Shown: one piece after another, positions 18,201 to 30,394 of the stretch
Numbering within the stretch: position 1 is the first letter of the stretch
How the letters are laid out: every line of letters begins with the position of its first letter
Assembly (NCBI GenBank): GCA_030429345.1
Contig: JAUIFJ010000012.1
Span: 19,898-83,897, forward strand
Direction: 5' to 3'
Source: a bacterium
Lineage (GTDB): Bacteria > CAIWAD01
Length of the DNA stretch: 64,000 bases
Made by a program: the position numbers and the translations under genes
Notes under the pieces: model-generated
The model's input: the letters and a program-made list of their open reading frames with translations, nothing else
Databases searched by the model: none
What the model was told of the DNA's origin: nothing

Positions 18201-18337
18201 GATCGAAGGTAGTCACTGTGCGGGGGATTGCCATTGCCCGGCTGCCGAATGTCGCGAAATTGCTAGACTCCGAATGCGGTCGTGCGCGGACTGCCGACCG
18301 CTCCTCACTGTTCCCGCCTGCTGGAAGGAGAGCCTGA

Positions 18338-21043
<2,706 letters not shown>

Positions 21044-21121
21044 TTCCAGAACGACACCGCCCAGGGCGCTCTTCCCCGCGGAGAGCGCCTTTTCTTTTTC
21101 CAAGGCATTCCCGGGAGATCC

Positions 21122-22291
21122 ATGGCCGTCTTCGCCCTGATCGTGTCCGTATTCCAGCTGGCGCTGGGCAGCTATTTCTGTGCCCGCCTGCTGCCGCCGC
21201 TGCTGCCGGGCAAGCTTCCGCTGATCGCGGTCTGGCTGGTCTTCCAGCTGCTGCTCTTCCTGCCGCCGGCGGATCTGCTGCTGCGCGGCCAGGGCATTCA
21301 CCTGCCGCTGCTGTTCGAACGGGCCGGCTGGGCCGCCCTGGGCCTGGCCACCATGAGCCTGGGCTTCCTGCTGCCCCGGGACGGCCTGCTGCTGGCGGGC
21401 AAACTGGGCGCATGGATCACTCCCGCGGGCAGCAGCCTGCGCCAGCTGCTGGAGCGCGGGATCCAGCTGCTGGGAAGCGCGGGCGGCACGGCGGCCCTGC
21501 TGGGGTTGATCCTGCTCGCCTTTTTCACCGGAGTCCACACGGCCAGCCGCTTCGACCGCGTCAAGGAGGTCCGCGTTCCGGTGAGCGACCTGCACGAGGA
21601 CCTGCGCGGGCTGCGCATCGTGCAGTTCAGCGACCTGCACATCAATCCCTTCATACGACGCAGGCAGGTGCAGCAGGTGGTCGATCGAATCAACCAGCTG
21701 GAGCCGGACATCATACTCTTCACCGGCGACCTGGCCGACGGCACCGTGGCCGAAATGCGCCCGCACGCGGCTCCCCTGGCCGATCTGGATGCCCCGCTGG
21801 GCGTCTGGGCGGTGACGGGCAACCACGAATACTACCATGACCTGCGCGCCTGGGTCGATGAGTTTCCGCGCCTGGGCATGCCCCTGCTCTTCAACGAGCA
21901 TCGCCGCATCGCGGTCGGCGAGGCGGAACTGGTCATCGCCGGGGTGCCGGATGTGCGCAGCCACCGCGGAGCGCACGATCCCGCCGCGGCACTGGCCGGA
22001 AGCGAGGACGCCGACTATCGCATCCTGCTGGCGCACCAGCCGGCCAGTATTCTGCAGCTTCCCCGCGGCGCTTGCGACCTGGTCCTTTCCGGCCATACCC
22101 ACGGCGGCCAGTACTATCCCTTCCGCGGACTGACCGGCCGCTTCAATCCCTACCTGAAGGGCCTGCATCGCCATCAGGACAGCTGGATCCATGTCAGCAC
22201 GGGAACCGGATTCTGGGGACCGCCGCTGCGCCTGGGCGTCCCCCCGGAAATCACCCTGCTGCAGTTCGAGGAAAAGCCCGCCAGCCCCTGA
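21122..22291 (+). CDS. membrane-anchored metallophosphoesterase (calcineurin-like, YkuE-type)
   Basis: N-terminal TM helices are followed by the GDLHIN, GDLAD, GNHEY and GHTHGGQ motifs. Confidence 0.75.
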   Translation: MAVFALIVSVFQLALGSYFCARLLPPLLPGKLPLIAVWLVFQLLLFLPPADLLLRGQGIHLPLLFERAGWAALGLATMSLGFLLPRDGLLLAGKLGAWITPAGSSLRQLLERGIQLLGSAGGTAALLGLILLAFFTGVHTASRFDRVKEVRVPVSDLHEDLRGLRIVQFSDLHINPFIRRRQVQQVVDRINQLEPDIILFTGDLADGTVAEMRPHAAPLADLDAPLGVWAVTGNHEYYHDLRAWVDEFPRLGMPLLFNEHRRIAVGEAELVIAGVPDVRSHRGAHDPAAALAGSEDADYRILLAHQPASILQLPRGACDLVLSGHTHGGQYYPFRGLTGRFNPYLKGLHRHQDSWIHVSTGTGFWGPPLRLGVPPEITLLQFEEKPASP

Positions 22292-22359
22292 TTGCCCGTT
22301 GGGGCCGCCGTGTGAATTGTTATTCTTTCCTGGTTTACCAGAATTTCCAGGGAGGATTC

Positions 22360-25300
22360 ATGCACCCAGCGCGCTTGCTTTTATGGACGGCGGTTCTGGC
22401 CGGGGCGGCCCGGGCCGAACTGCAGATCGACATTGATCCGGACTCCTTCGTCAACTCGGCGCCGGTCACCATCCGGGCCGATATCGGCCTGACGCCCGGC
22501 ACCTGGTACGAGGCCAACGTGACCGGCCCCAGCGGCTTCCCGCCCATGTATCACGCCGTCTGGGCCAACGACGACGACATTGGCAGTCCCACGCCCGTGA
22601 ATGCCTTCGAGATCGACTACGGCTGCGACACGACCACCTTGACTCTCCAGCCCTTCTCGGTCTTCTATCTTCCCGGCCCCGCAGTGCCTCCCGGCGGTCC
22701 CACCGACTTCGGCACCATGGAATGCGTCGAGCAGAACGAGGCTCCCGGAGCCTTCGCCCTGCTGGCGCCCGCCGACGGATCCACCGGGGTCAACGAACCG
22801 GTGAGTCTCAGCTGGGAAGCCAGCGTCGACCCCGACGAGGACCCGGTGAGCTACAACCTCTACCTGGGAACCACCCCGGATGGTCTGTATGACGAGGCTC
22901 TCGAGACGGGCATCACGGCGACCAGCTACGACTGGAGCGGCGGCAGCCCCGGCGTGACCTACTACTGGGGCATCGGCGCGACGGACGGCGAGCTGGAAAC
23001 CCAGGTCGAGGGCTGGTGGGACTTCACCCTCTTCGATCCCGGCAGTCCTCCCGAACTCGCGCCCCTCGAAGACGATTCCGTCAACGAGGACACCGTATAC
23101 GAACTCTACCTCTGGGCCACCGACCCGGACCAGGACGAACTCAGTTTTTCGGTGGTGAGTGACAATCCCCAGGTGGCGGTCAGCTGGGAAGGTCCGGTGG
23201 AAGGGAACGACATCGACCTGAGCCTGACGCCCGCCGAGGACTATTACGGATCGGCCCTGATCACCGTGACCGTGGAAGATCCCCAGGGCAACTCGGACAG
23301 CGGCAGTTTCACCCTGGCCGTGAACAATGTGAATGATCCGCCGGATCCCTTCGACCTGCTGAGTCCGGACGACATGGCCGTGATTGCCGACGAGGATCTG
23401 GAGGTCACCTTCAGCTGGGAGGAAGGCAGCGATCCGGACCCCGACGAAGGTCCGGCACGCACGACCCAGTTCTGGTACTCGCTCTATGTCAGCGATTCCC
23501 AGGAAACCCTGTGGCAGAGTTCCGTCGCCAGCTGGATCGAGGAAACCAGCTACACCTGGACTCCGCAGGAAGCCGACAGCGGCCCCTGGTACTGGGGCGT
23601 GAAGACCTGGGACCCCTCCGAGGCCGGCACGCAGTCCGACGTGCGCAGCTTCACTCTGGATCCCCCGCCCTCTTTCGGTGAACTGCCCAGCCCCCAGAGC
23701 AGCGAGGACCAGTCATCCACCGAGTACATCTGGGCCAGCGATCCCCTGTTTGATGTGTTGACGCTGGACGCGACGACGACGAATCCCAATGTGAGCCTCC
23801 AGGTCGACACTCCTCTCGAGTGGAATGACATGGAGATCACGCTGACTCCGGACGAGGATTTCTACGGCGATGTGGAGATCCAGGTCACGGCGACCGATCC
23901 CGGGGGCAACGAGGCGGTCGACACCTTCACCTGGACGGTGCTCAATGTCAATGATCCGCCGGACCCCTTCGATCTGCTGGCCCCGGCCGACGAGGCCGTG
24001 CTGAGTGACGAGACGGTGATGCTCAGCTGGGAAGAAGGCAATGACCCGGACCCCACCGAGGAGGAACCCAGCGTCTTCTTTACCTATACCGTATACCTCT
24101 CGAACGATCCGGATGATCTGACAGGAAACGACGGCTATCCCTACGAGTCCGCGATCGTTGCCGAAGACATCGGCACGGCCTTCCATGAAGTCACTGTCGA
24201 GGGCGCGGGCCCGTGGTACTGGCGCATTCGGACCACCGACGACCACCAGACCTATACGATGGGCGCGCAGGTCTGGAGCTTCGGCATCGACTTCCCGCCC
24301 GTCATCGAGCCCATCGAGGATGTCGGCTCGCTGGAGGAAGAGGATGTATACGTCTATGTCCAGGCCTCCGACCCGCTTGACGACCTGCTGAGCTACACGG
24401 TGGAAAGCGACACTCCCCAGGTGCTGGTCGAATACCAGGGGCCCGTCGAGGGAGCCGAGCTTGAGATCCACCTGACGCCGGCCGTGGACTGGAGCGGCCA
24501 GGCCGGGATCACGGTCACCGCCGAGGATCCCGCCGGCGGCACGGACGTGGAGACCTTCACGTATACAGTGACCGATGTCAATGATCCGCCCTACGCCTTC
24601 GACCTGATCAGCCCCGCGGACGAAGCGGTCTTCAACCAGGTGCAGGTGCCGCTGAGCTGGGAAGCCGGCGACGATCCCGACGAGGGCAGCAGCTTCACCT
24701 ACACGGTGCACATCAGCCTGGACCCGGAAACGGTGATGGACAGCGTCTACGTGGAAGGCATCGCCTCTCCGGAACAGGTTTTCACGGCGACGGATTTCGG
24801 GCCCTGGTACTGGACCATCGAAACCTTCGACGACCAGGGAGAGAGCACCTTCGCCAACGAGGTGCGCAGCTTCCTGATCGAGCTGCCGCCTTCGCTGAAC
24901 GCGATCAACGACCTGCAGACCGACGAGGACACACCGCTCAACCACTTCGTCACCGCCAACGATCCCGAGGGCGGCGCCCTTCTCTTCGAGGTGGAGAGTG
25001 ACAATCCCAATGTGACGGCCGCTTTCGCCGATTCCCGTGACACGGAGTTGCTGGTGCTGACTCCAGCCGCGGACTGGTCCGGCATCGCGGAGATCACGGT
25101 TACCGTCACCGACGACCAGGAACTTACGGCGAGCGACAGCTTCCAGCTGACCGTCAACCCGGTCAACGACGCCCCGACCCTGGCCGACCAGGACCTGCTG
25201 ACCGACGAGGACACTCCCCTGGCCCTGTCCTACAACGGCGAGGATCCCGAAGACGATCCGCTGAGCTACAACATTGTCACACCGCCGGTCAACGGCACGG

Positions 25301-27363
25301 TCGACAACGACACCTACACGCCTTTCGCCGAGTTCTTCGGCTTCGACTCGCTGCAGGTGGTCGCCAACGACGGAAGCCTGGATTCCAATCCGGCCTGGTT
25401 CCGCATCACGGTCACCAGCATCAACGACGCCCCGCTGCTCAGTCTTCCGGAGAGCTTCGACTTCAACGAGGACGAAAGCCTGCTCGTCGACCTGGAAAGC
25501 TATGTCAGCGACGTGGACGACAACCAGTGGTCCTATGATGTCAGCTGGAGCAACTTCCAGTTCGACGCCGTCCTGGACGGCTCCGAGGTCACCTTCAGCG
25601 CCAACGCGGACTGGAACGGCAGCGTGGAGGTCGTGGTCAGCGTGGACGACGAACTGAACCGCCTGGTGGCGACGGACACGACCATGGTCAATGTGCTGGC
25701 GGTCAACGACCCGCCGGAAAGCGCGGATTCGGAATGGACAACTTCCGAGGACACCACCGCGGAAGTGCCCTTCCAGGCCGCCGACATCGACAGCGGGGAG
25801 CTGAGCATCGTCCTGGGCCAGGGGCCCTTCAACGGCAGCTACGACGAAGGAATGTATACGCCGGCCGCCGAGTTCAGCGGCATGGACTCCCTGTCCTTCA
25901 CCGCTTTCGACGGCGAGTTCTCCTCCGCCGAGTCCTGGGTCCGGATCACGGTGACGGCCGTCAACGACGCCCCGGGCATCGATCTGCCCGAAAGCATGAG
26001 CTTTGCCGAGGACAGCACGGTGGTGATGGACCTCTCTGCCTTCATCAGCGACGTGGACAACAGCGAGCTGGCCCTGAGTGTCACGGGACAAGGCAGCCTG
26101 GATGTGAGCTTCTCCGGCCTGGAAATGACCATCGTCCCCGAAGCCGACTGGTTCGGCGAGGAGGAGCTGACGATCACCGTCGACGACCAGGTGAACCGCC
26201 TGACGGCCAGTGACGTGATGACCGTGATCTACACCGCGGTCAACGACGCGCCGCAGGCCTTCGACGTGATGCAGGACATTCCCGAAGACACGCCGACGGC
26301 ATTGGCCTTCAACGGCCTGGACATCGAGGAGGATCCCCTGCAGTACGAGATCGGCCTGCAGCCCAGCCACGGCACGGTCGTCGACGGCGTCTACACTCCT
26401 GCCGCCGACTATTTCGGTCCGGACACGCTGAGCTACACGGCCAACGACGGCGCCCTCTCCTCCGCCGAGGCATTCGTCTACATCACGGTGCTGGCCGGAA
26501 ACGACTGCCCCTTCCTCGAGCTGCCGCCCGACGACCTGGAGGGCGTCGAGCAGCCCGAGGACTGGACCTATGTGCTGCCCGGCGAAACAATTGCCGGCTG
26601 GTACACGGATCCCGACGGCGATCCCCTGACGGCCGACTCGGTCTTTGTCGAGGTGTCGGCCTTCTTCAGCGGCGTGCTCACGGTGGACTTCATGGTTACG
26701 GATGGAAGCTGCGAGGTCAACGGGTCCGTCGACCTGGTGATCGATGCCCGCAACGACGCTCCGATCGTCGAACTCTGCGGCCCGCTGGATTGCGGCCCGA
26801 TCGAGGACCTGGAGGCCTTCGCCAACGCCTGGAGCGAGGTCGGCCTGAGCCTGCTCGACCATGACGGCGACGAGATGAATGTCAGCTGGTTCGTCGACGG
26901 CGAGCTTGTCTGCAGCCAGCAGCGCGACAGCCTGGAGACCTGCCTGCCGACCTGCCTGGACCTGGCTCCCTGGTGGACGGAGGATCCGCAGAACATCACC
27001 GTGCACTACGAGGTCAGCGACGACAGCGTGACGATCAACGAAGGCGGCGCGGACTGTTCCTGGTACCTGGACTTCCTCGACGTGGTCGAGGTCCTGCCCA
27101 CGGAATTCTACCTGGCGCAGAACTACCCCAATCCCTTCAACCCGAGCACGATGATCCGCTTCGGCCTGCCCCACCTGCAGCACGTGCGGGCCGCTGTCTA
27201 CAACCTGCAGGGCCGCCGCGTGGATGTCCTGTTGGACGAGACCCTGCCCGCCGGACACCACGAGTTCAGCTGGCAGGCCGGCGACCTGGCCTCCGGCGTC
27301 TACATCCTGGTAATGGACACCGGCCGCGAGGTCAAGCGCCAGAAGATGATGCTGCTGCGCTAG
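22360..27363 (+). CDS. giant secreted cadherin-like/Ig-like repeat adhesin with a T9SS C-terminal sorting domain (1667 aa)
   Basis: A GGAGG RBS and the signal peptide MHPARLLLWTAVLAGAARA are present. There are more than 12 repeats ending VNDPPD / VNDAP. The C-terminus reads NYPNPFNPSTMIRFGLP...GVYILVM...KMMLLR (Por_Secre_tail). Confidence 0.8.
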   Translation: MHPARLLLWTAVLAGAARAELQIDIDPDSFVNSAPVTIRADIGLTPGTWYEANVTGPSGFPPMYHAVWANDDDIGSPTPVNAFEIDYGCDTTTLTLQPFSVFYLPGPAVPPGGPTDFGTMECVEQNEAPGAFALLAPADGSTGVNEPVSLSWEASVDPDEDPVSYNLYLGTTPDGLYDEALETGITATSYDWSGGSPGVTYYWGIGATDGELETQVEGWWDFTLFDPGSPPELAPLEDDSVNEDTVYELYLWATDPDQDELSFSVVSDNPQVAVSWEGPVEGNDIDLSLTPAEDYYGSALITVTVEDPQGNSDSGSFTLAVNNVNDPPDPFDLLSPDDMAVIADEDLEVTFSWEEGSDPDPDEGPARTTQFWYSLYVSDSQETLWQSSVASWIEETSYTWTPQEADSGPWYWGVKTWDPSEAGTQSDVRSFTLDPPPSFGELPSPQSSEDQSSTEYIWASDPLFDVLTLDATTTNPNVSLQVDTPLEWNDMEITLTPDEDFYGDVEIQVTATDPGGNEAVDTFTWTVLNVNDPPDPFDLLAPADEAVLSDETVMLSWEEGNDPDPTEEEPSVFFTYTVYLSNDPDDLTGNDGYPYESAIVAEDIGTAFHEVTVEGAGPWYWRIRTTDDHQTYTMGAQVWSFGIDFPPVIEPIEDVGSLEEEDVYVYVQASDPLDDLLSYTVESDTPQVLVEYQGPVEGAELEIHLTPAVDWSGQAGITVTAEDPAGGTDVETFTYTVTDVNDPPYAFDLISPADEAVFNQVQVPLSWEAGDDPDEGSSFTYTVHISLDPETVMDSVYVEGIASPEQVFTATDFGPWYWTIETFDDQGESTFANEVRSFLIELPPSLNAINDLQTDEDTPLNHFVTANDPEGGALLFEVESDNPNVTAAFADSRDTELLVLTPAADWSGIAEITVTVTDDQELTASDSFQLTVNPVNDAPTLADQDLLTDEDTPLALSYNGEDPEDDPLSYNIVTPPVNGTVDNDTYTPFAEFFGFDSLQVVANDGSLDSNPAWFRITVTSINDAPLLSLPESFDFNEDESLLVDLESYVSDVDDNQWSYDVSWSNFQFDAVLDGSEVTFSANADWNGSVEVVVSVDDELNRLVATDTTMVNVLAVNDPPESADSEWTTSEDTTAEVPFQAADIDSGELSIVLGQGPFNGSYDEGMYTPAAEFSGMDSLSFTAFDGEFSSAESWVRITVTAVNDAPGIDLPESMSFAEDSTVVMDLSAFISDVDNSELALSVTGQGSLDVSFSGLEMTIVPEADWFGEEELTITVDDQVNRLTASDVMTVIYTAVNDAPQAFDVMQDIPEDTPTALAFNGLDIEEDPLQYEIGLQPSHGTVVDGVYTPAADYFGPDTLSYTANDGALSSAEAFVYITVLAGNDCPFLELPPDDLEGVEQPEDWTYVLPGETIAGWYTDPDGDPLTADSVFVEVSAFFSGVLTVDFMVTDGSCEVNGSVDLVIDARNDAPIVELCGPLDCGPIEDLEAFANAWSEVGLSLLDHDGDEMNVSWFVDGELVCSQQRDSLETCLPTCLDLAPWWTEDPQNITVHYEVSDDSVTINEGGADCSWYLDFLDVVEVLPTEFYLAQNYPNPFNPSTMIRFGLPHLQHVRAAVYNLQGRRVDVLLDETLPAGHHEFSWQAGDLASGVYILVMDTGREVKRQKMMLLR

Positions 27364-27391
27364 CCGCGACACGCATCCTGCGAAAACGAAA

Positions 27392-27424
27392 GCCCCCGGT
27401 CCTGTGGACCGGGGGCTTTTTATT
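27392..27424 (+). terminator. rho-independent terminator after the adhesin gene
   Basis: The hairpin GCCCCCGGTCC-tgtg-GGACCGGGGGC is followed by TTTTTATT. Confidence 0.7.
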
Positions 27425-27444
27425 CAAGAGTCCGCCGCATCCTG

Positions 27445-27535
27445 CGGCGGCTCTATGCAGCGACCCCTACGGGGTCGTTGCACCGACCGCGTAGCGGTCG
27501 CTGCATAAAACCGTCGCTGAATGCGACGGATCACA
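27445..27535 (+). repeat. intergenic structured repeat unit 1 (three hairpins)
   Basis: Each unit folds into three hairpins: GCAGCGACCCC-tac-GGGGTCGTTGC, GACCGC-gta-GCGGTC and CCGTCGC-tgaat-GCGACGG. Confidence 0.6.
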
Positions 27536-27544
27536 CAAACACAA

Positions 27545-27635
27545 CAGCGGCTCCATGCTGCGACCCCTACGGGGTCGTTGCACCGACCGCGTAGCGGTCG
27601 CTGCCTAGAACCGTCGCTGAATGCGACGGATCACA
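27545..27635 (+). repeat. intergenic structured repeat unit 2 (about 94% identical to unit 1, period 100 nt)
   Basis: This is a direct tandem copy of unit 1 and folds into the same three hairpins. Confidence 0.6.
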
Positions 27636-27649
27636 CCACTCCACTCCCC

Positions 27650-28780
27650 CTACAGCGCGAAGCTGATGCCCGTGCTGAAGGCGTTGTACTTGGCGAAGCT
27701 GTAGTCGAAGTTCCAGTTGACCAGCGCCAGGCGAATGTTGGCGCCAATGGAGAAGCGCGTCGTGTTCTCGCTTTCCAGTTCCAAAGAGATCGACTCGGTG
27801 TAGATGCCGTCCGGTGCGGCGGCGCTGACCGGCACGGGAACCTGCAGGGTGTAGCCTACATCCATGCTGGCATCCTCGATCAGGAAGCCGGCGTAGGGAG
27901 TCAGGTTCAGGAAGCGCCAGCCGAACTGCTTGCTTGCCGTCAGACCATAGGCCGTGGCCTTGCTCTTGAAGAGCGTGCCGACTTCCATGGTCTGGGTGAA
28001 GAAGCTCAGGGCCAGGTCGACCGGCAGCTCCTTCTTCATCCACACCGCCGGATTGTGCTGAATGCCGAAGCCCGTATACGAGTATTCTCCCAGATCCTCG
28101 TTCAGCTCGACGGCGGGCAGCATGCGCAGCGTGAACTGCGTGCCGAACACGGTGCCCAGGGAGATCTGCGGCACGGTCAGCGGCAGCACGTTGACTTCCG
28201 CCAGGTCGCCGAAGCCGCCGAAAGGAAGCTTCACATCCATTTCGTCTACATAGAAAGTGGTGTCCAAGCCAGCCACATTCACGTCAAATCCTTGACCACC
28301 AAAATTGACTGTTATGGAATCTTCCATCGCGCCGACTACCGTAGCACCACTAATTCCGACTGAGTGTTCCTGTGCTGTAATAGCATCGATGAGTTGATCT
28401 TCGATGAGGGGCCATAGAGCGGGATATGGGCTTTCACTTTCCAACGGCTCAACCAAGAATGCTGCCTCAGATTCACTGAATCGGAAGTCACCGGTCACGG
28501 AAAAGTGATCCGCGTCCGTCGGAAAGAAGGACCCCATGATGACCAAGCCGGCCTCGAAATTGAAGCCGACTTTCTTCGCCTGGGGCGCGCGACGGAACCA
28601 GCCCGAGTTGAGGTTGGCGCCGAAGGCGCTCGAGATCGGCGCCACATAGGCTGCCGCGGCGTCGCCGGTCAGGGTTTCCAGGGTTTCTTCCAGGGTCCGC
28701 TCCTCGGCGGAAAGCCCCACCGCCATGCCCAGCAGCAGGCCCAGGCACGCAATGCCGCGCCCTGCCATCTTCTGTACCAT
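27650..28780 (-). CDS. putative outer-membrane beta-barrel protein
   Basis: A signal peptide MVQKMAGRGIACLGLLLGMAVGLSA is present. Alternating hydrophobic/aromatic beta-strand patterns run to the C-terminus (...FDYSFAKYNAFSTGISFAL). Confidence 0.45.
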   Translation of the reverse strand: MVQKMAGRGIACLGLLLGMAVGLSAEERTLEETLETLTGDAAAAYVAPISSAFGANLNSGWFRRAPQAKKVGFNFEAGLVIMGSFFPTDADHFSVTGDFRFSESEAAFLVEPLESESPYPALWPLIEDQLIDAITAQEHSVGISGATVVGAMEDSITVNFGGQGFDVNVAGLDTTFYVDEMDVKLPFGGFGDLAEVNVLPLTVPQISLGTVFGTQFTLRMLPAVELNEDLGEYSYTGFGIQHNPAVWMKKELPVDLALSFFTQTMEVGTLFKSKATAYGLTASKQFGWRFLNLTPYAGFLIEDASMDVGYTLQVPVPVSAAAPDGIYTESISLELESENTTRFSIGANIRLALVNWNFDYSFAKYNAFSTGISFAL

Positions 28781-28986
28781 TTCTTGCCTCTTCCGTTGGT
28801 GAGTGCCGCTTCCCGCGGCAGAACCTGACACTTATCGACCGCCTGGCCGTCCATGTCCAGAAGGTAGGGCATCGGGATCATGCTCAAATACGAGGATCTT
28901 CGTATGGCAGGCCCGTCGTGCAAGCTCCTACTTGGGGCGCATCATGGAAACCAGCACGGTTTCCTCGCAACAGAATGGAATGCCCC

Positions 28987-30219
28987 ATGAAAACTGCACT
29001 CGGACTGCTTTGGCTGGGCTTCTGCCTGCCTGCCGCCCATGCCGACTGGGAGGCCGTGCACGATGGTCTGGAGAATCTGGAACTGCGCGCCCTGGTTGCG
29101 TATGCGGACACGGTGATGGCGGGAACGGCCGACGGCATCTTCCGCAGCCAGGACGGCAGCAGCTGGACGGACATCAGCGGCAACCTGGCCATGCGCGATG
29201 TCCAGGGCTTGTGGGGCGGCGGCGCACCCCGCGTGCTTTGGGTCGCCACTTTCGATGGCGTTTACCAGACCGTCAACCACGACCACTACGACAACAACAC
29301 CGGCAGCGGCCTGGGTACGGCGGATGCCCACTACTACTGGTTCGGCGACACATCGGAGGAAGCCACCGAATGCGCCGTCGGAACCAATGGCGCAGGTCTC
29401 TATGTTGGCGCGGACTGGGGCGGCCCCTGGACGGCGCGCAACAACGGCCTGACCGGCGATGCCCTGGTGGTCAACAACATGAGCGGCTACTCGGACGACG
29501 ACTTCGACGGAGCTTACCTCTGCACCGAAGGCGGCCTCTTTCTCTCGACGGACAACCTGGCCAGCTGGAGCTCCCTGAACCGCAACCTGAGCGGCGACCA
29601 GCTGCATGTCAATGCCGTGCTCGGTTTCGGCACGGTCGAGATGATCGCCACGGACGCAGGCTTTCTCTACAGCCTGGAAGGTGCGGACTGGGCGCCCCTC
29701 GTCGAGGATGACGGGGTCTTCAATGTCTTCGCCCTGTACCCCATGCAGGGAATCGGCCTGGCCTTCGGCACGAACGGCTATGTGACCTTCGACAACTTCA
29801 GCTACATCCCCGTCGACATGGGCGGCGTCAGCGGCGGCCTGGTGACCTGCGCCACGGTTACTTCCACGCATATCTATGTCGGTACGGAAACCGGCGGCGT
29901 CTTCCGCACGCCGATCGACGCGGTCTCGGTCGGCGAACAGGCTCCCCGCCCCGAAGGCTTCCGCCTGGCGCAGAACACGCCCAATCCCTTCAACCCTGTG
30001 ACACGGATTCCCTACGAGCTGGCCCATCCCGCCCGTATACGGCTCCAGGTCCACGACCTGCTCGGCCGCCGGGTGGCCCTCCTCGACCAGGGCCTGCGCG
30101 AAGGCGGCCGGCACCAGCTGAATTTCGACGGCAGCGGCCTGGCCAGCGGGATCTACTTCTATTCCCTGGAAGTGGATCACGAGATCCGCGCCACGCGGCG
30201 CATGCTGCTCAGCAAATAG
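28987..30219 (+). CDS. secreted beta-propeller (BNR/sialidase-like repeat) protein with a T9SS C-terminal domain
   Basis: A signal peptide MKTALGLLWLGFCLPAAHA is present. Repeated S-x-D-x-G-x-x-W motifs are visible. The C-terminus reads NTPNPFNPVTRIPYEL...GIYFYSL...RMLLSK. Confidence 0.6.
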   Translation: MKTALGLLWLGFCLPAAHADWEAVHDGLENLELRALVAYADTVMAGTADGIFRSQDGSSWTDISGNLAMRDVQGLWGGGAPRVLWVATFDGVYQTVNHDHYDNNTGSGLGTADAHYYWFGDTSEEATECAVGTNGAGLYVGADWGGPWTARNNGLTGDALVVNNMSGYSDDDFDGAYLCTEGGLFLSTDNLASWSSLNRNLSGDQLHVNAVLGFGTVEMIATDAGFLYSLEGADWAPLVEDDGVFNVFALYPMQGIGLAFGTNGYVTFDNFSYIPVDMGGVSGGLVTCATVTSTHIYVGTETGGVFRTPIDAVSVGEQAPRPEGFRLAQNTPNPFNPVTRIPYELAHPARIRLQVHDLLGRRVALLDQGLREGGRHQLNFDGSGLASGIYFYSLEVDHEIRATRRMLLSK

Positions 30220-30394
30220 TCCCGCCCTCTCATGGGCGGCAACCGGCGGCGGGAATGGTCTACATTCCTTGCGGGGAAACAGTCGGTTGCCGCCCTCTTC
30301 CAGGCCACTACAGTCTGTTTTTCGAAAACGAGAACGGGGCCCCGCAAGGGGCCCCGTTCGTGTTGGAAGAGGTGGTCCAGCACCTGTGGCAGGG

